DNA from: Stappiaceae bacterium
GTDB lineage: Bacteria > Pseudomonadota > Alphaproteobacteria > Rhizobiales > Stappiaceae
Direction: 5' to 3'
NCBI GenBank assembly: GCA_965275915.1
Contig: CBDHYI010000006.1
Span: 491,176 to 555,175 of the forward strand
Length of the DNA: 64,000 bases
The notes under the pieces are model-generated. The model worked only from the letters and a program-made list of their open reading frames with translations. It was not told the DNA's origin and did no database searches. Positions 30,309-41,289 of this stretch are shown here, piece after piece (the first letter of the stretch is position 1; each line of letters opens with the position of its first letter). The position numbers and the translations under genes were made by a program.

Positions 30309-32167
30309 GCCATGACCTCCATGCCGGGTGCGCACACGAAATGTTCTTTAGCGACTTCTGTCAGGTTCGGCACCTGTGTATCAACCAGCTTGTAAGGCTC
30401 CGGCCATTCGGACGGTGTTGAGATGCGTGCCGCCGACAGGGCGTTGAAATCGAGCTGGTCATCGAGGCTCGGTTCGGGAACCGCCTCAAGCAGCGCTTTT
30501 GTGTATGGGTGTTGCGGATCGTTGATCACATCGTGGGTCAGGCCGACTTCCACAAGCCGTCCTTTACACATCACCGCGATGCGATCGGCGATATAATCGA
30601 CAACAGCCAGGTTATGACTGACGAAAAGATATGTCAGTCCCAACTGCTCCTTCAAGTCCTTCAGGAGGTTGAGCACCTGAGCCTGGACCGACACGTCCAG
30701 TGCCGAAACCGGTTCGTCGCAAAGCAGCATTTCCGGCTGCAGGGCAAGCGCCCGCGCAATCCCGATGCGCTGGCGCTGTCCGCCCGAAAAAGAGTGCGGG
30801 TACCGGCGCAAAAAGCGGGCATCAAGGCCAACCAGCGTCATGAGTTCGCGAACCCGCTCGGCCCGCTCTTCCGGCGTGCCGATCTTGTGAATGACCATCG
30901 GCTCGGACAGGATCTCGTTGACGGTCATGCGGGGATTGAGCGATGAAAACGGATCCTGGAAGATCATCTGCACCCGGCGGCGATAATCGAGCAGCGCGTC
31001 GCCGGTGAGTGTCGAGACGTCTGTCTTGCTGCCGTTCTTGTAGTAACTGACGGTGCCGTGGTTGAGTTCGATCGCCCTCAAAATCGCCTTGGCGGTTGTC
31101 GTCTTGCCCGAGCCCGATTCTCCGACAAGCCCCAGACATTCGCCGCGTCGAATAGATAAGTTGACGTTATCCAGTGCCTTGATCTGAACGGCGCGGCTCT
31201 TCAACAAACCGCCCTTACGCAGGCTGAAACTCTTTTGAAGGCCTTCAAGTTCCATAATCGGGGAACCTTTCGCACCTTCTTTGCGTCCTTTAGAGAGAAA
31301 CCCGTCGACCGTCGCCTTGATCGGCCGAATGGGTATCAGTCGCTCATCCTCGGCCATGTCAAACCGCGGTACCGCCCTCAAGAGCGCCTTGAGATAATCA
31401 TGTTGCGGATTTTCGAACAACTGTTGGGCTGTCCCGGATTCCATGATCTGTCCATGATAGATCACCACGACATCGTCGGCGACGTTTGCAACGACGCCAA
31501 AATCATGCGTGATCATCAGAACCGACATGTCGAGTTCGCCCTGTACTTCCTTGATCAGCTTCAGGATTTCCGCCTGGATGGTCACGTCAAGCGCAGTCGT
31601 CGGTTCATCGGCAATAAGCAGGGCGGGCCGGCAGACAAGCGCCATGGCGATCATTGCCCGTTGGCGCAGTCCGCCGGACAGTTCAAACGGATAGCTGGAG
31701 AGGGCCCGTTTGGGATCGGGGAAATGAACCAGGCGCAGCATTTCCTGAGTCACGTCACGGGCTTCAGGGCCGGACATGTTACGATGCAGTTCAGCCGCTT
31801 CTCCAATCTGGTCTCCGATCGTATGAAGCGGCGAGAGCGACGTCATCGGCTCCTGAAAAATAATTGCGATCCGATTGCCCCGGACACTGCGCATCTTTTT
31901 GCCGCCCGGGTCGAAGGATGCGATATCAACTTCCGAATTCGGTTTTGCCGGATCGCGAAAGAGAATTCGCCCCGCCGAGATGGTCGCCTTCTGAGGCAGC
32001 AGACCCATGATTGCCTGTGAAATAACGCTTTTTCCGGAACCGGATTCTCCGACAAGCGCGACAGTCCGGTGAGCAGGAATGTCGAAAGACACCGCATTGA
32101 CCGCGCGGTTTCTGCCTTCGCTGGATTCAAAATCAACCGTCAGCCCATCGACTGAAATGATATTCAC
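30305..32167 (-). CDS. ABC transporter ATP-binding protein with two fused NBDs
   Basis: 620 aa with two GESGSGKS/T Walker A motifs and two LSGG(L/Q)RQR signatures. It is the first gene of the minus-strand importer operon. Confidence 0.9.
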   Translation of the reverse strand: MNIISVDGLTVDFESSEGRNRAVNAVSFDIPAHRTVALVGESGSGKSVISQAIMGLLPQKATISAGRILFRDPAKPNSEVDIASFDPGGKKMRSVRGNRIAIIFQEPMTSLSPLHTIGDQIGEAAELHRNMSGPEARDVTQEMLRLVHFPDPKRALSSYPFELSGGLRQRAMIAMALVCRPALLIADEPTTALDVTIQAEILKLIKEVQGELDMSVLMITHDFGVVANVADDVVVIYHGQIMESGTAQQLFENPQHDYLKALLRAVPRFDMAEDERLIPIRPIKATVDGFLSKGRKEGAKGSPIMELEGLQKSFSLRKGGLLKSRAVQIKALDNVNLSIRRGECLGLVGESGSGKTTTAKAILRAIELNHGTVSYYKNGSKTDVSTLTGDALLDYRRRVQMIFQDPFSSLNPRMTVNEILSEPMVIHKIGTPEERAERVRELMTLVGLDARFLRRYPHSFSGGQRQRIGIARALALQPEMLLCDEPVSALDVSVQAQVLNLLKDLKEQLGLTYLFVSHNLAVVDYIADRIAVMCKGRLVEVGLTHDVINDPQHPYTKALLEAVPEPSLDDQLDFNALSAARISTPSEWPEPYKLVDTQVPNLTEVAKEHFVCAPGMEVMA

Positions 32168-32434
32168 AGAAGTCCCTCCCGTCCCCCGACGGATTTGTTT
32201 TGCCGAGCAATATAGAAGCGCGCGCCCCGCCTTTTAAAGCCCAAAATCTATTGTCGGTATGACAAGATCGCTATTTGAAGTGGCTTTAGTCGGCTGTTAA
32301 AGCGGCCAATGCAAGGCATCTTGTGGCTTTTGATCCACATATTGATTGAAATTTGCACCGCCTTTTGGCGGATTATTCCGGTCTCTGTCTCCTCCATAGC
32401 ACGTTCGTACTATCGCTGCTGCAGATAATACGGT

Positions 32435-32471
32435 GACGAAAATCACGAAAAACACGAAAATTGACTGAAAT
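32435..32471. repeat. Four phased direct repeats (9-nt period) of ACGAAAA / TTTTCGT in the region upstream of the ABC importer operon
   Basis: Plus strand reads gACGAAAAt cACGAAAAa cACGAAAAt tgACTGAAAt. It lies about 270 bp upstream of the importer start (32167) and just downstream of the cyclase stop (32504). Confidence 0.5.
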
Positions 32472-32503
32472 TACAAACAGTGGCGCCTTGAAGAGCACTG
32501 ATG

Positions 32504-34417
32504 TTACGCCACGCCGCTGCCTTCGATAACCGATATTGACTGCCGGGCAATTTCCGGCGGAGGAACGAGGCGCCAGACATCGATCGGTTCCGTCCTGCCC
32601 CTCAAATGGTGCGCTCCGACGCCGACCATGGCGACATACTCGTCCAGCTTGTCGATCGTGGCCCGGCTTGCGAGGACGACCAACTCGTCCTTGCGGGCAA
32701 TGTCGCGGCCCAGTGCCTGAAGCCGTTCGCAGACATTCACAGCGTCGCCAACGATCGTATAGTCAACCCGGTCATGAGCGCCGATATTACCGACCACGAC
32801 CGTTCCGGTATGGATTCCGATCCGGACGCGGGTCATCGGCTGTCCACTTTCTGCCGCTGCGAGATTTTGCTGGCGAATGGCCCGCGCGGCCTTTTCCGCA
32901 GCCCTTACGGCTGCTTGCGCGTGATCCTTCCGCTCATCGGGCGCGCCCCAGAACGCAAGCATGCCATCTCCCATGAATTTGTCCACCGTACCGCCCTCCG
33001 ATTCAACCGCTTCCACCAGCACGGCAAAGTGCCGGTTCAGGAACGAGGCGGTTTCCGCCGCATCCATGTTTTCGGACATGGTGGTAAACTCGGCAATATC
33101 GGAAAACAAGATCGTCAGTTCCCGTTCCCGGGACCGGGTGGCTTTTTCAAAGCCGATTTCCATCAGTTTGCTGAACAGGCTTTTTGGCACATAGGTATTA
33201 AAGGCCTTTAGTCCCGCGACCATGGAATTGAAGGCCGTGGCAAGCTGGTTCAGCTCACGGACGCGACTGCGCGGCAGCGGGTCGACAGTATCCAGGTCCA
33301 ACTCGGCCACTTTTTCGGATTCCCGCGCAACATGCAGCAGCGGCCGTGTTGTTCTGCGTGCAATCAGAACCGCGACAATCAGCGCAAAGATCAATGCCAG
33401 GATCCCGGCGGCGGCGCTCAGAAAAACCCGTTTTACTTCACTGCTGATTGAATCGCGTTTGAAATAGGCACCAATTGTCCACTCATCAGGAGAGAAGCCG
33501 CGAACGGTCTTGGACATGATGACAAATACGCCCGAGGGCAGTTCGACCGATCGTACCTCCACACCTTCGCTGGCAGCCTTCTCAAAAAACGCGTTGTTTT
33601 CGGCCCCCGCTATGCGGGCAAGAATCGGATCTCCGAATTGCGCCACCGGAGCGGGCAGAGTCGGGGCGGCTTCCACCTTCTCCTGGTCGGAGTGCGCGAG
33701 CACCTTGTAGCCCCCGGCAATAACGAAATTGGTCTGATCTTGCCCCTCGTCAAGCTGGGTCACCAGGTTGGTGATATGGGTCGTCGCCATCGCCGTGGAG
33801 ATATATCCGATCAATTCTCCATCCAGCACCAAAGGCGCCGTGACATTGACGAACACTTTGCCGGCCGCAGGCACCAGAGGCCCCCAGGCGGGCTCGCTTT
33901 CAGCCGTGAGATCGTCCCGAAGAACGTAGAGACGGATTTCATCGGGAATCTGGCGCCGGAAATACTCCAACTGGCCGCCTTCGTTTTTGTAGACGCCGAA
34001 CTCTTCGCCGTTAAGGTCCGTTGCGACAACCACGTCGATCAGTTCATGACTCATCACGGCGGAGGATAGGATATCCTGCAGGCGTGGCTTGTTTTCCGGT
34101 TTGAAATCAATTCTGAGCCGATTAAGAAGGGTGGCGACGCCTTCGGTCGTCTGGCGAGCCTGGTCCATATTTTCCGACAATTGGCCATCAAGGCTCTTGA
34201 CGATGAGCACGGCTTTGTCGTTGAGCAACGCAAAGGTATTTTCGACATTGGCCTTGATGGAGAGCGACAGGACCAGCGCCACGGCGATTGCAATCAGGAG
34301 TCCGAACGCACCGCCGACAACCAGGGTCATAGGCCAGCCCCGGCGCGCACTTTTCTCTCGCCCGCCTGCAAGGGCGCGCCTGGAGTTATCCGGTTTCGTC
34401 TCTTCTATCTGCGTCAA
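32504..34417 (-). CDS. Sensor class III adenylate/guanylate cyclase (TM - periplasmic sensor domain - TM - HAMP - CYC)
   Basis: 637 aa with two hydrophobic helices flanking a periplasmic region of about 280 aa. A HAMP-like linker follows, then a CYC domain (FSDIAEFTTMSE, KFMGDGMLAFWGAP). Confidence 0.85.
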   Translation of the reverse strand: MTQIEETKPDNSRRALAGGREKSARRGWPMTLVVGGAFGLLIAIAVALVLSLSIKANVENTFALLNDKAVLIVKSLDGQLSENMDQARQTTEGVATLLNRLRIDFKPENKPRLQDILSSAVMSHELIDVVVATDLNGEEFGVYKNEGGQLEYFRRQIPDEIRLYVLRDDLTAESEPAWGPLVPAAGKVFVNVTAPLVLDGELIGYISTAMATTHITNLVTQLDEGQDQTNFVIAGGYKVLAHSDQEKVEAAPTLPAPVAQFGDPILARIAGAENNAFFEKAASEGVEVRSVELPSGVFVIMSKTVRGFSPDEWTIGAYFKRDSISSEVKRVFLSAAAGILALIFALIVAVLIARRTTRPLLHVARESEKVAELDLDTVDPLPRSRVRELNQLATAFNSMVAGLKAFNTYVPKSLFSKLMEIGFEKATRSRERELTILFSDIAEFTTMSENMDAAETASFLNRHFAVLVEAVESEGGTVDKFMGDGMLAFWGAPDERKDHAQAAVRAAEKAARAIRQQNLAAAESGQPMTRVRIGIHTGTVVVGNIGAHDRVDYTIVGDAVNVCERLQALGRDIARKDELVVLASRATIDKLDEYVAMVGVGAHHLRGRTEPIDVWRLVPPPEIARQSISVIEGSGVA

Positions 34418-34544
34418 ACAACGCTTCCTAAAACCCGACGATGATCAGATGCAAGAGCCCCTTAGCGGCACGATAGCATAGTTCACCTCGGTTGCATTGT
34501 GGCTTGATCCCCAAGGGAAACCCAAAAGGCCTGTCCTGTTCTTG

Positions 34545-35765
34545 TCAGAAAAAGGCCTGCAATCCGGTTTGTGCCCGCCCCAGAATCAGAGCGTGAACAT
34601 CGTGCGTTCCTTCATACGTGTTCACCGTCTCCAGATTCTGGGCGTGGCGCATGACGTGATATTCCTCCTGAATACCGTTCCCTCCATGCATGTCGCGCGC
34701 CTGGCGTGCAATATCAAGGGCTTTGCCGCAATTATTGCGTTTCACCAGCGAGATCATTTCCGGTGCGACTTTGCCCTCATCGAACAAACGGCCGACACGC
34801 AGGGAGGCTTGCAGCCCAAGGGCGATTTCCGTCTGCATGTCGGCGAGCTTCTTCTGCACAAGCTGAGTCTGGGCCAGAGGCCGGTTGAACTGCTTGCGCT
34901 CCAACGTATAGGCTCTTGACCGATGCCAGCAGTCTTCCGCGGCACCGAGTACACCCCATGAAATACCGTACCGGGCTCTGTTCAGGCATCCGAACGGACC
35001 CTTGAGGCCGGAAACGTTCGGCAGCAGATTTTCTTCCGGCACGTCCACATCATCCATGACGATTTCGCCTGTGATCGATGCCCTCAAAGACAGTTTCCCT
35101 TCGATCTTGGGTGCCGAGAGGCCCTTCATGCCCTTTTCGAGAATAAATCCGCGTATTTTGCCGTCATGGGCGTCGGACTTCGCCCACACAACAAATATAT
35201 CGGCGATCGGCGCGTTGGAAATCCAGGTCTTGTTTCCTTTGAGCCGGTAGCCGCCGTCGACCCTTTCCGCCTTCGTCCGCATACCGGCCGGATCGGAGCC
35301 GGCATCGGGTTCCGTCAGACCGAAACATCCCACGTGTTCGCCACTGGCCAGTTTGGGAAGATACGTCTTTCTTTGAGTTTCATCGCCATAAGCGAAAATC
35401 GGGAACATGACCAGGGACGACTGCACGCTCATCATCGAGCGATAACCGGAATCGACGCGCTCGATTTCGCGCGCGACCAGACCATAGGAAACATAAGACG
35501 CGTCCGCGCACCCATAGTCTTCCGGGAGAGTCACGCCAAGCAGTCCCATCTCCCCCATCTTGTTGAAAACCTTGCGATCGGTCCGTTCGTCACGATAGGC
35601 ATCAATGACAGCGGGCTGCAACCGGTCCTGCGCGTAAGACCGGGCGCTGTCCATAATCAGCCGCTCATCCTCGCTCAGCTGTTCATCAAGCAGAAAAGGG
35701 TCGTCCCAGGCGAACTGCCCGCCACCTGATGGTACTGATTTTGTGCTTGGGATTGTCACGGCCAT
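34545..35765 (-). CDS. gcdH: Glutaryl-CoA dehydrogenase-type acyl-CoA dehydrogenase
   Basis: 406 aa with the N-terminal [17 protein letters not shown] motif typical of Gcd[12 protein letters not shown] is present, along with the C-terminal ACAD domain. Confidence 0.8.
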   Translation of the reverse strand: MAVTIPSTKSVPSGGGQFAWDDPFLLDEQLSEDERLIMDSARSYAQDRLQPAVIDAYRDERTDRKVFNKMGEMGLLGVTLPEDYGCADASYVSYGLVAREIERVDSGYRSMMSVQSSLVMFPIFAYGDETQRKTYLPKLASGEHVGCFGLTEPDAGSDPAGMRTKAERVDGGYRLKGNKTWISNAPIADIFVVWAKSDAHDGKIRGFILEKGMKGLSAPKIEGKLSLRASITGEIVMDDVDVPEENLLPNVSGLKGPFGCLNRARYGISWGVLGAAEDCWHRSRAYTLERKQFNRPLAQTQLVQKKLADMQTEIALGLQASLRVGRLFDEGKVAPEMISLVKRNNCGKALDIARQARDMHGGNGIQEEYHVMRHAQNLETVNTYEGTHDVHALILGRAQTGLQAFF

Positions 35766-35992
35766 GCTTTGAATCTCCTGCGGAGGCTTTTTTACTCTGT
35801 TGAATATGATGTTCTGCCGGGAAAAATCGAGCCGTCAAGGTCTAGAACCATAATAATCGATTATACAAACGAACGGTTCAATAACTTTCCTTCACGTCGC
35901 AGGTCCGTCTCCACCGGCGCGGACTTGTCTTCCTGCCACTATCGTGTATGGCAGGTGCGCCGCGATACCATCGATCAATTGTGAGTAACATA

Positions 35993-38641
35993 ATGAAAGA
36001 CACGAATGGCCTTGTCCGCTTGGAGGATTACCGTCCAACGGCGTATTCGATACCGTTTGTGGACCTCGTGTTTGATCTTGGTACCGAAGAAACACGCGTT
36101 GTTGCAAAACTCACGGTCGACCGTCAGGAAGGAACACCTGTGGGGACGCCCCTCGTTCTTGACGGCGACGAATTGGCACTGCTGCGGGTCGGACTTGACG
36201 ACAGGACGCTGGGTGCGGACGCTTTCTCCGCAAGTCCTTCCGCGCTGAAAATATTTTCGCCGCCGTCCGACCGGTTTTGCCTTGAGATCGTTACCAGGCT
36301 CGATCCGGGCAAAAATACTCAGCTGATGGGTCTTTATAAATCGGCCGGAACCTATTGCACGCAATGCGAAGCGGAGGGGTTCCGCCGGATTACCTATTTC
36401 CTGGACCGTCCGGATGTCATGTCGGTCTACAGCACCCGGATTGAGGCGGACAAGGCCGAAACACCGATCTTGCTGGCCAACGGCAATCCCGTCGAGGCCG
36501 GCGAATTGCCGCCATCTGACGACGGGGCCAACCGGCATTATGCCGTCTGGCACGACCCCCATCCCAAACCTGCCTACTTATTCGCCCTGGTGGCGGGCGA
36601 TCTTGCCCGCGTCACAGATACCTTCGTGACAGCGAGCGGACGCGCAATCGATCTTCGCATCTATGTCGAGCACGGCAACGAGAGGCGCTGCGGTTACGCC
36701 ATGAACGCCCTCAAGCGATCAATGAGGTGGGATGAGGACGTCTTCGGCCGCGAATATGACCTGGATATCTTCATGATCGTTGCGGTGTCCGATTTCAACA
36801 TGGGGGCCATGGAGAACAAGGGCCTCAACATTTTCAACGACAAATATGTTCTGGCTGACCCCGATACCGCGACGGATCAGGACTATGCGGGGATCGAGGG
36901 GGTTATCGCCCATGAATATTTCCATAATTGGACCGGCAACCGCATTACCTGCCGCGATTGGTTCCAGTTATGCCTGAAGGAGGGGCTGACCGTCTTTCGC
37001 GATCAGGAGTTCTCCGCGGATATGCGCTCACGGCCGGTGAAACGGATTGCCGACGTCCGTCTCCTGAGATCGCATCAGTTTCCCGAAGATGCCGGTCCCC
37101 TCGCCCATCCGGTACGACCGCGCGCATACCGCCAGATCAACAATTTTTACACTGCCACTGTTTACGAAAAAGGGGCGGAGATCGTCCGCATGTTAAAGAT
37201 CGTGCTGGGCGATGAGGGCTTCCGGAAAGGAATGGATCTCTATTTTGAGCGGCACGATGGCGATGCTGCCACGATTGAGGACTTCCTGTCCTGTTTCGCC
37301 GACGCGACCGGGGCCGATCTTGGCCGGTTTGCCTTGTGGTACGAACAGGCCGGCACCCCGATTGTGACAACTGAAAGTTCCTGGAACGAGGAAGACAGCT
37401 CCCTGACGCTCTCGCTGTCTCAATCTGTACCGCCGACACCGGAGCAGCCGTCGAAGCAACCGATGGTGATACCGCTCAGATTCGGGCTTGTCGGACCGGA
37501 TGGGCGGGATCTTTCTTATGTCTGCTCAAATGAAGCGGTTCGGGGAGACGTGATTTTTCTGACCGAAGAAGAACAGTCTGTGCGGTTCGAAAATCTGAGC
37601 GCCAAACCCAAACTCTCATTACTGAGAGGATTCTCCGCCCCCGTCCGGCTGGGGGACACGCTGTCGACCGACGACAAACTCTTTCTTTTTTCAAAAGACA
37701 AGGATGCATTTAACCGATGGCAGGCGGCACAAAATCTGCTGACTGCGCATCTTGTCGCCTCATCTGCAGGAAGCGATGCCGGTGACGGTCTGCCTCCGTT
37801 GTTGAGCGCGTTCGGTGATGTGATTGCCAATCGGGATATCGACGCAGCGTTCAAGGCGCTGGTTCTGTCGTTGCCCGGTGACGCGGATATCGTTCAGGAG
37901 ATCGGCAGCGATGTCGATCCCGACAGAATCTCTGAAGCAAAACATGACCTGCGAAAAGCGATTGCTGAGGCACACGGATACGCCATTCACGAGGAATATG
38001 CCCGGTTGAAAAGTCGTGATCCTTATTCGGCCGATGCGGCCTCCGCCGGAAATCGTGCGTTGCGCAATGCACTTCTGTCCTATCTCAGCCTGACATCGGA
38101 TGGGGTGGACGGAGGTGAATTGGTGACCGCTCAGTTTCAAAGCGCAGACAATATGACGGATCGTCTCGTTGCATTTTCATTGCTTGTTCATGACGCCCAC
38201 ACTCATGCGGCATCAGCCGTTGATGCCTTTTACGAGAGACACAAGTCCAACAGTCTGGCACTTGATAAATGGTTTGCCGTTCAGGCGACTGCACCCGGGG
38301 AAAGGACGCTGGAAACCGTCCAAAGACTGTCCGTGCATGAGGATTTCACATTATCCAATCCAAATAGGATCCGCGCGCTGATTGGTTCGTTCGCATCGGG
38401 TAATTTGACCGGTTTCAACAGAAGGGATGGTGCCGGCTATGAGTTTGTTGCTGATTGCGTTCTGAAATTGAACGCTACAAACGCCCAGGTCGCAGCCCGG
38501 CTGCTGACGAGTTTCAATTCGTGGCGTGTGCTTGAGGCCGGTCGCAGAAAACACGCCCGCGCCGCGCTTGAAAGGATCGCCGCTGCGGAGAACCTCTCAA
38601 GTGACGTTGCCGATATTGTCGACCGTTCCTTGCAAGAATAG
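35993..38641 (+). CDS. pepN: Aminopeptidase N (M1 family)
   Basis: Start ATG 35993 (MKDTNGLVRLEDY). GAMEN, the HEYFHNWTGNR zinc motif and LKEGLTVFRD are present. About 880 aa. Confidence 0.95.
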   Translation: MKDTNGLVRLEDYRPTAYSIPFVDLVFDLGTEETRVVAKLTVDRQEGTPVGTPLVLDGDELALLRVGLDDRTLGADAFSASPSALKIFSPPSDRFCLEIVTRLDPGKNTQLMGLYKSAGTYCTQCEAEGFRRITYFLDRPDVMSVYSTRIEADKAETPILLANGNPVEAGELPPSDDGANRHYAVWHDPHPKPAYLFALVAGDLARVTDTFVTASGRAIDLRIYVEHGNERRCGYAMNALKRSMRWDEDVFGREYDLDIFMIVAVSDFNMGAMENKGLNIFNDKYVLADPDTATDQDYAGIEGVIAHEYFHNWTGNRITCRDWFQLCLKEGLTVFRDQEFSADMRSRPVKRIADVRLLRSHQFPEDAGPLAHPVRPRAYRQINNFYTATVYEKGAEIVRMLKIVLGDEGFRKGMDLYFERHDGDAATIEDFLSCFADATGADLGRFALWYEQAGTPIVTTESSWNEEDSSLTLSLSQSVPPTPEQPSKQPMVIPLRFGLVGPDGRDLSYVCSNEAVRGDVIFLTEEEQSVRFENLSAKPKLSLLRGFSAPVRLGDTLSTDDKLFLFSKDKDAFNRWQAAQNLLTAHLVASSAGSDAGDGLPPLLSAFGDVIANRDIDAAFKALVLSLPGDADIVQEIGSDVDPDRISEAKHDLRKAIAEAHGYAIHEEYARLKSRDPYSADAASAGNRALRNALLSYLSLTSDGVDGGELVTAQFQSADNMTDRLVAFSLLVHDAHTHAASAVDAFYERHKSNSLALDKWFAVQATAPGERTLETVQRLSVHEDFTLSNPNRIRALIGSFASGNLTGFNRRDGAGYEFVADCVLKLNATNAQVAARLLTSFNSWRVLEAGRRKHARAALERIAAAENLSSDVADIVDRSLQE

Positions 38642-38851
38642 GTCGAAACGGTCAAGATGACTCAATAATGCCTCTTTTCTGCTGCCTTATCAGCACAGTA
38701 GAGAAATTTCTGTAAGTACGGTCTGGACAAGTGGAGTCCGGTGGATTCAAATGGTCTGGATTCGGGGCCAGACAATCGGCTGCCGGTCAACATATTGAAA
38801 TATCTGGCTTGTCGTTTTCAGTTGTGCCGTATTTGAATTCGGGGGACATTG

Positions 38852-41206
38852 ATGACGCGGGTTTTGAGCGGAAACGCATCAACGCGTAGTCGCATCAAGC
38901 GGTTGTTATTCAGGGATCCGGCAGCAACGCTGTCCGGTCATATCAAACTGCTTGCGGAACCGGCTTACAAGCGCCTCGTCAACAACGAGGGTTTGTTGCG
39001 GCGCGCCATTCCTGTTCTCAGCCTGATCTTTATCGGCCTGCTGGCTACCTATCGCTGTATCGAACTGGCCAGTGATTACACGCGTATCGAAACGGACTCT
39101 GAAGACAAACTCTCCCTGATTGCGACCACGTTGTCGACCCGGCTGACCAAAGCAGAGAGCGGCATGCAGGACCTCGGGTTCAAAACCCAGTTGCAGGCCG
39201 CCCTCGCCGAAGCGTTGCCGCCAAGTGCTACCGGAGACAGCCGTCAGATTCTGGTGGCCTCCCCCACCGGAGACATTATCGCGAGTGCGCCCCTTCATCT
39301 GCATTTTGAGGGCCGACAGCTTAGCGACTTGATCGGCGCCAATCAGCCGTTGCTGGTGTTCGGCGCCCGCGCCGGTGTGATGCCGGTGACGCTTGAAAAC
39401 GGCGCGGAAGCGATCGCGTCCGTGCATCATCTGGAAGACCGGATCGGGATGGTTGCAGTCTATCAGCCTACCGAAGCGATATACCGGGAGTGGCGTGCGG
39501 ATGTTTCCGCGAACGTGACGCTGTTTGTGGGCACAAGTTCGATTCTGCTGGTCCTGATCTACGGTTTTTACGCGCAGGCATCGCGCGCAAAACAGGCCGA
39601 CAGGATTTATGCGGCCACGCGGTCTCGCATCGAGACGGCACTCAGCCGCGGCCGTTGCGGGCTGTTCGACTGGGATCTGGCCCGCGGCAGGATGTTCTGG
39701 TCATCCTCGCTTTACGAAATGCTGGGATTGCCGCCCCGGGATGATCTGATCGGATTTGCCGATATCGTTTCTCTCATTCATCCGGAAGACGGCAATCTTT
39801 ACGATCTTGCACGTGAAATCATGGAATCGGATCAACGGCATGTCGATCAGGTCTTCAGAATGCGCCACGCCGACGGGTCCTGGATCTGGATGCGTGCCCG
39901 GGCCGAGCTTGTCGCCCAGCACGGCACAAACGAGCCCCATCTGATCGGCATCGGCGTTGACGTCACCGAGCAGCGCCGACTGGCGGAAGCCAACAAGACG
40001 GCGGATATGCGGCTCAGGGATGCGATCGAAGCGATCACGGAAGCCTTTGTCCTCTGGGACTCCGACAACAGACTGATGATGTGCAATTCGACTTATCAGG
40101 AACTGAACGGCCTGAAAGGCGAGGATGTCGTGGTCGGAACGCCCTATACGGAAGTAATGCGTGCTGCACGGAAACCGGTGGCGACCAGCCGGATTAAGGA
40201 AGACGGACAACCGCGGTCCAATATGCAGGGGTGCGAAGCCCAGTTGGCGGACGGCCGCTGGCTGCAGATTGCGGAGAGGCGCACCAATGACGGTGGCTGG
40301 GTTTCGGTCGGCACCGACATTACGGCCTTTAAGCTGCACGAAGAAAAGCTGATGGAAAGCGAAAAGCAGCTTATGGCGACCATCGCCGATTTAAGGCAAT
40401 CCCGTCAGAAGCTGGAATTGCAGGCGCAACAGCTGGTCGAACTGGCCGAAAAGTATGCGGAGGAGAAGACCAGGGCCGAGGCCGCCAACCAGGCGAAATC
40501 TGAATTCCTTGCCAACATGTCTCATGAACTCAGGACGCCGCTGAACGCCATTATCGGATTTTCCGAAATTATGAACAATGGCATGTTCGGTGAGCTGGGA
40601 TCCGAAAAATACGCTGAATACAGCAAGGATATCAACGACAGCGGCACGCACCTTCTCGGCCTGATCAATGACATTCTCGACATGTCCAAGATCGAAGCGG
40701 GCCGTATGGAACTGCGTTACGAGAAACTCAACGCACAGGCGCTGTTGCAGGAAGCCGTTCGCATTACCGGGGCTGAGGTATCCCGCAAGGATCTGAAGAT
40801 GAGCATCTCCACGGAAGAAGAGATCGCGTTCCGGGCCGACAGGCGATCCGTCAAGCAGATCCTTCTCAATATTATTTCCAACGCAATCAAGTTCACTGAA
40901 GATGGCGGCTCAGTCAGTATTTCGGCGCAAGAGCAGGAAAATATGGCAATCTTCCTGATTGAAGATACCGGGATCGGCATTCCGGAGAAAGACATCTCGC
41001 GGCTCGGGCAGCCCTTTGTTCAGGTCGAAAATCAGATGACCAAAACGCATAAGGGCTCCGGTCTCGGTCTTGCGATAGCCCGCTCGCTTGTTGAGCTCCA
41101 TGGCGGTGAAATGCTGATCACCTCCACCGAAAATGTCGGCACGCAGGTCGCTATTGCTTTGCCGATCGATCAACCTGAAAAAGGCGACACCAGAGCCGAC
41201 CTCTAA
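38852..41206 (+). CDS. pleC: PAS-domain sensor histidine kinase, PleC-like
   Basis: N-terminal TM/periplasmic region, two PAS-like segments, H-box SHELRTPLNAIIGFSE and a YAEYSKDINDSGTHLLGLINDILDMSKIEAG block typical of the PleC/DivJ group, then HATPase. Its position near glnE resembles rhizobial pleC synteny, which I recall from memory. The gene symbol is tentative. Confidence 0.6.
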   Translation: MTRVLSGNASTRSRIKRLLFRDPAATLSGHIKLLAEPAYKRLVNNEGLLRRAIPVLSLIFIGLLATYRCIELASDYTRIETDSEDKLSLIATTLSTRLTKAESGMQDLGFKTQLQAALAEALPPSATGDSRQILVASPTGDIIASAPLHLHFEGRQLSDLIGANQPLLVFGARAGVMPVTLENGAEAIASVHHLEDRIGMVAVYQPTEAIYREWRADVSANVTLFVGTSSILLVLIYGFYAQASRAKQADRIYAATRSRIETALSRGRCGLFDWDLARGRMFWSSSLYEMLGLPPRDDLIGFADIVSLIHPEDGNLYDLAREIMESDQRHVDQVFRMRHADGSWIWMRARAELVAQHGTNEPHLIGIGVDVTEQRRLAEANKTADMRLRDAIEAITEAFVLWDSDNRLMMCNSTYQELNGLKGEDVVVGTPYTEVMRAARKPVATSRIKEDGQPRSNMQGCEAQLADGRWLQIAERRTNDGGWVSVGTDITAFKLHEEKLMESEKQLMATIADLRQSRQKLELQAQQLVELAEKYAEEKTRAEAANQAKSEFLANMSHELRTPLNAIIGFSEIMNNGMFGELGSEKYAEYSKDINDSGTHLLGLINDILDMSKIEAGRMELRYEKLNAQALLQEAVRITGAEVSRKDLKMSISTEEEIAFRADRRSVKQILLNIISNAIKFTEDGGSVSISAQEQENMAIFLIEDTGIGIPEKDISRLGQPFVQVENQMTKTHKGSGLGLAIARSLVELHGGEMLITSTENVGTQVAIALPIDQPEKGDTRADL

Positions 41207-41289
41207 CGGATCTGCGGGTCGGGCTGGATCGCGGATGATGCCCGCACAAATGGCGGCGGGTGCCCATGCGGTGTTTTTCCAGGTCTTAT

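Noticed and set aside
26121-32167. Unusual gene order (ATPase first, then binding protein, then permeases) in the second importer operon
   Set aside because: Gene order varies widely among family-5 ABC importers. The ATGA coupling shows a normal operon, so this is not considered noteworthy.
32435-32471. Possibility that the ACGAAAA repeats are a degenerate CRISPR or other array
   Set aside because: The units are contiguous 9-mers without spacers, only about 37 bp in total, and no cas genes are present. I kept it only as a possible regulatory repeat.
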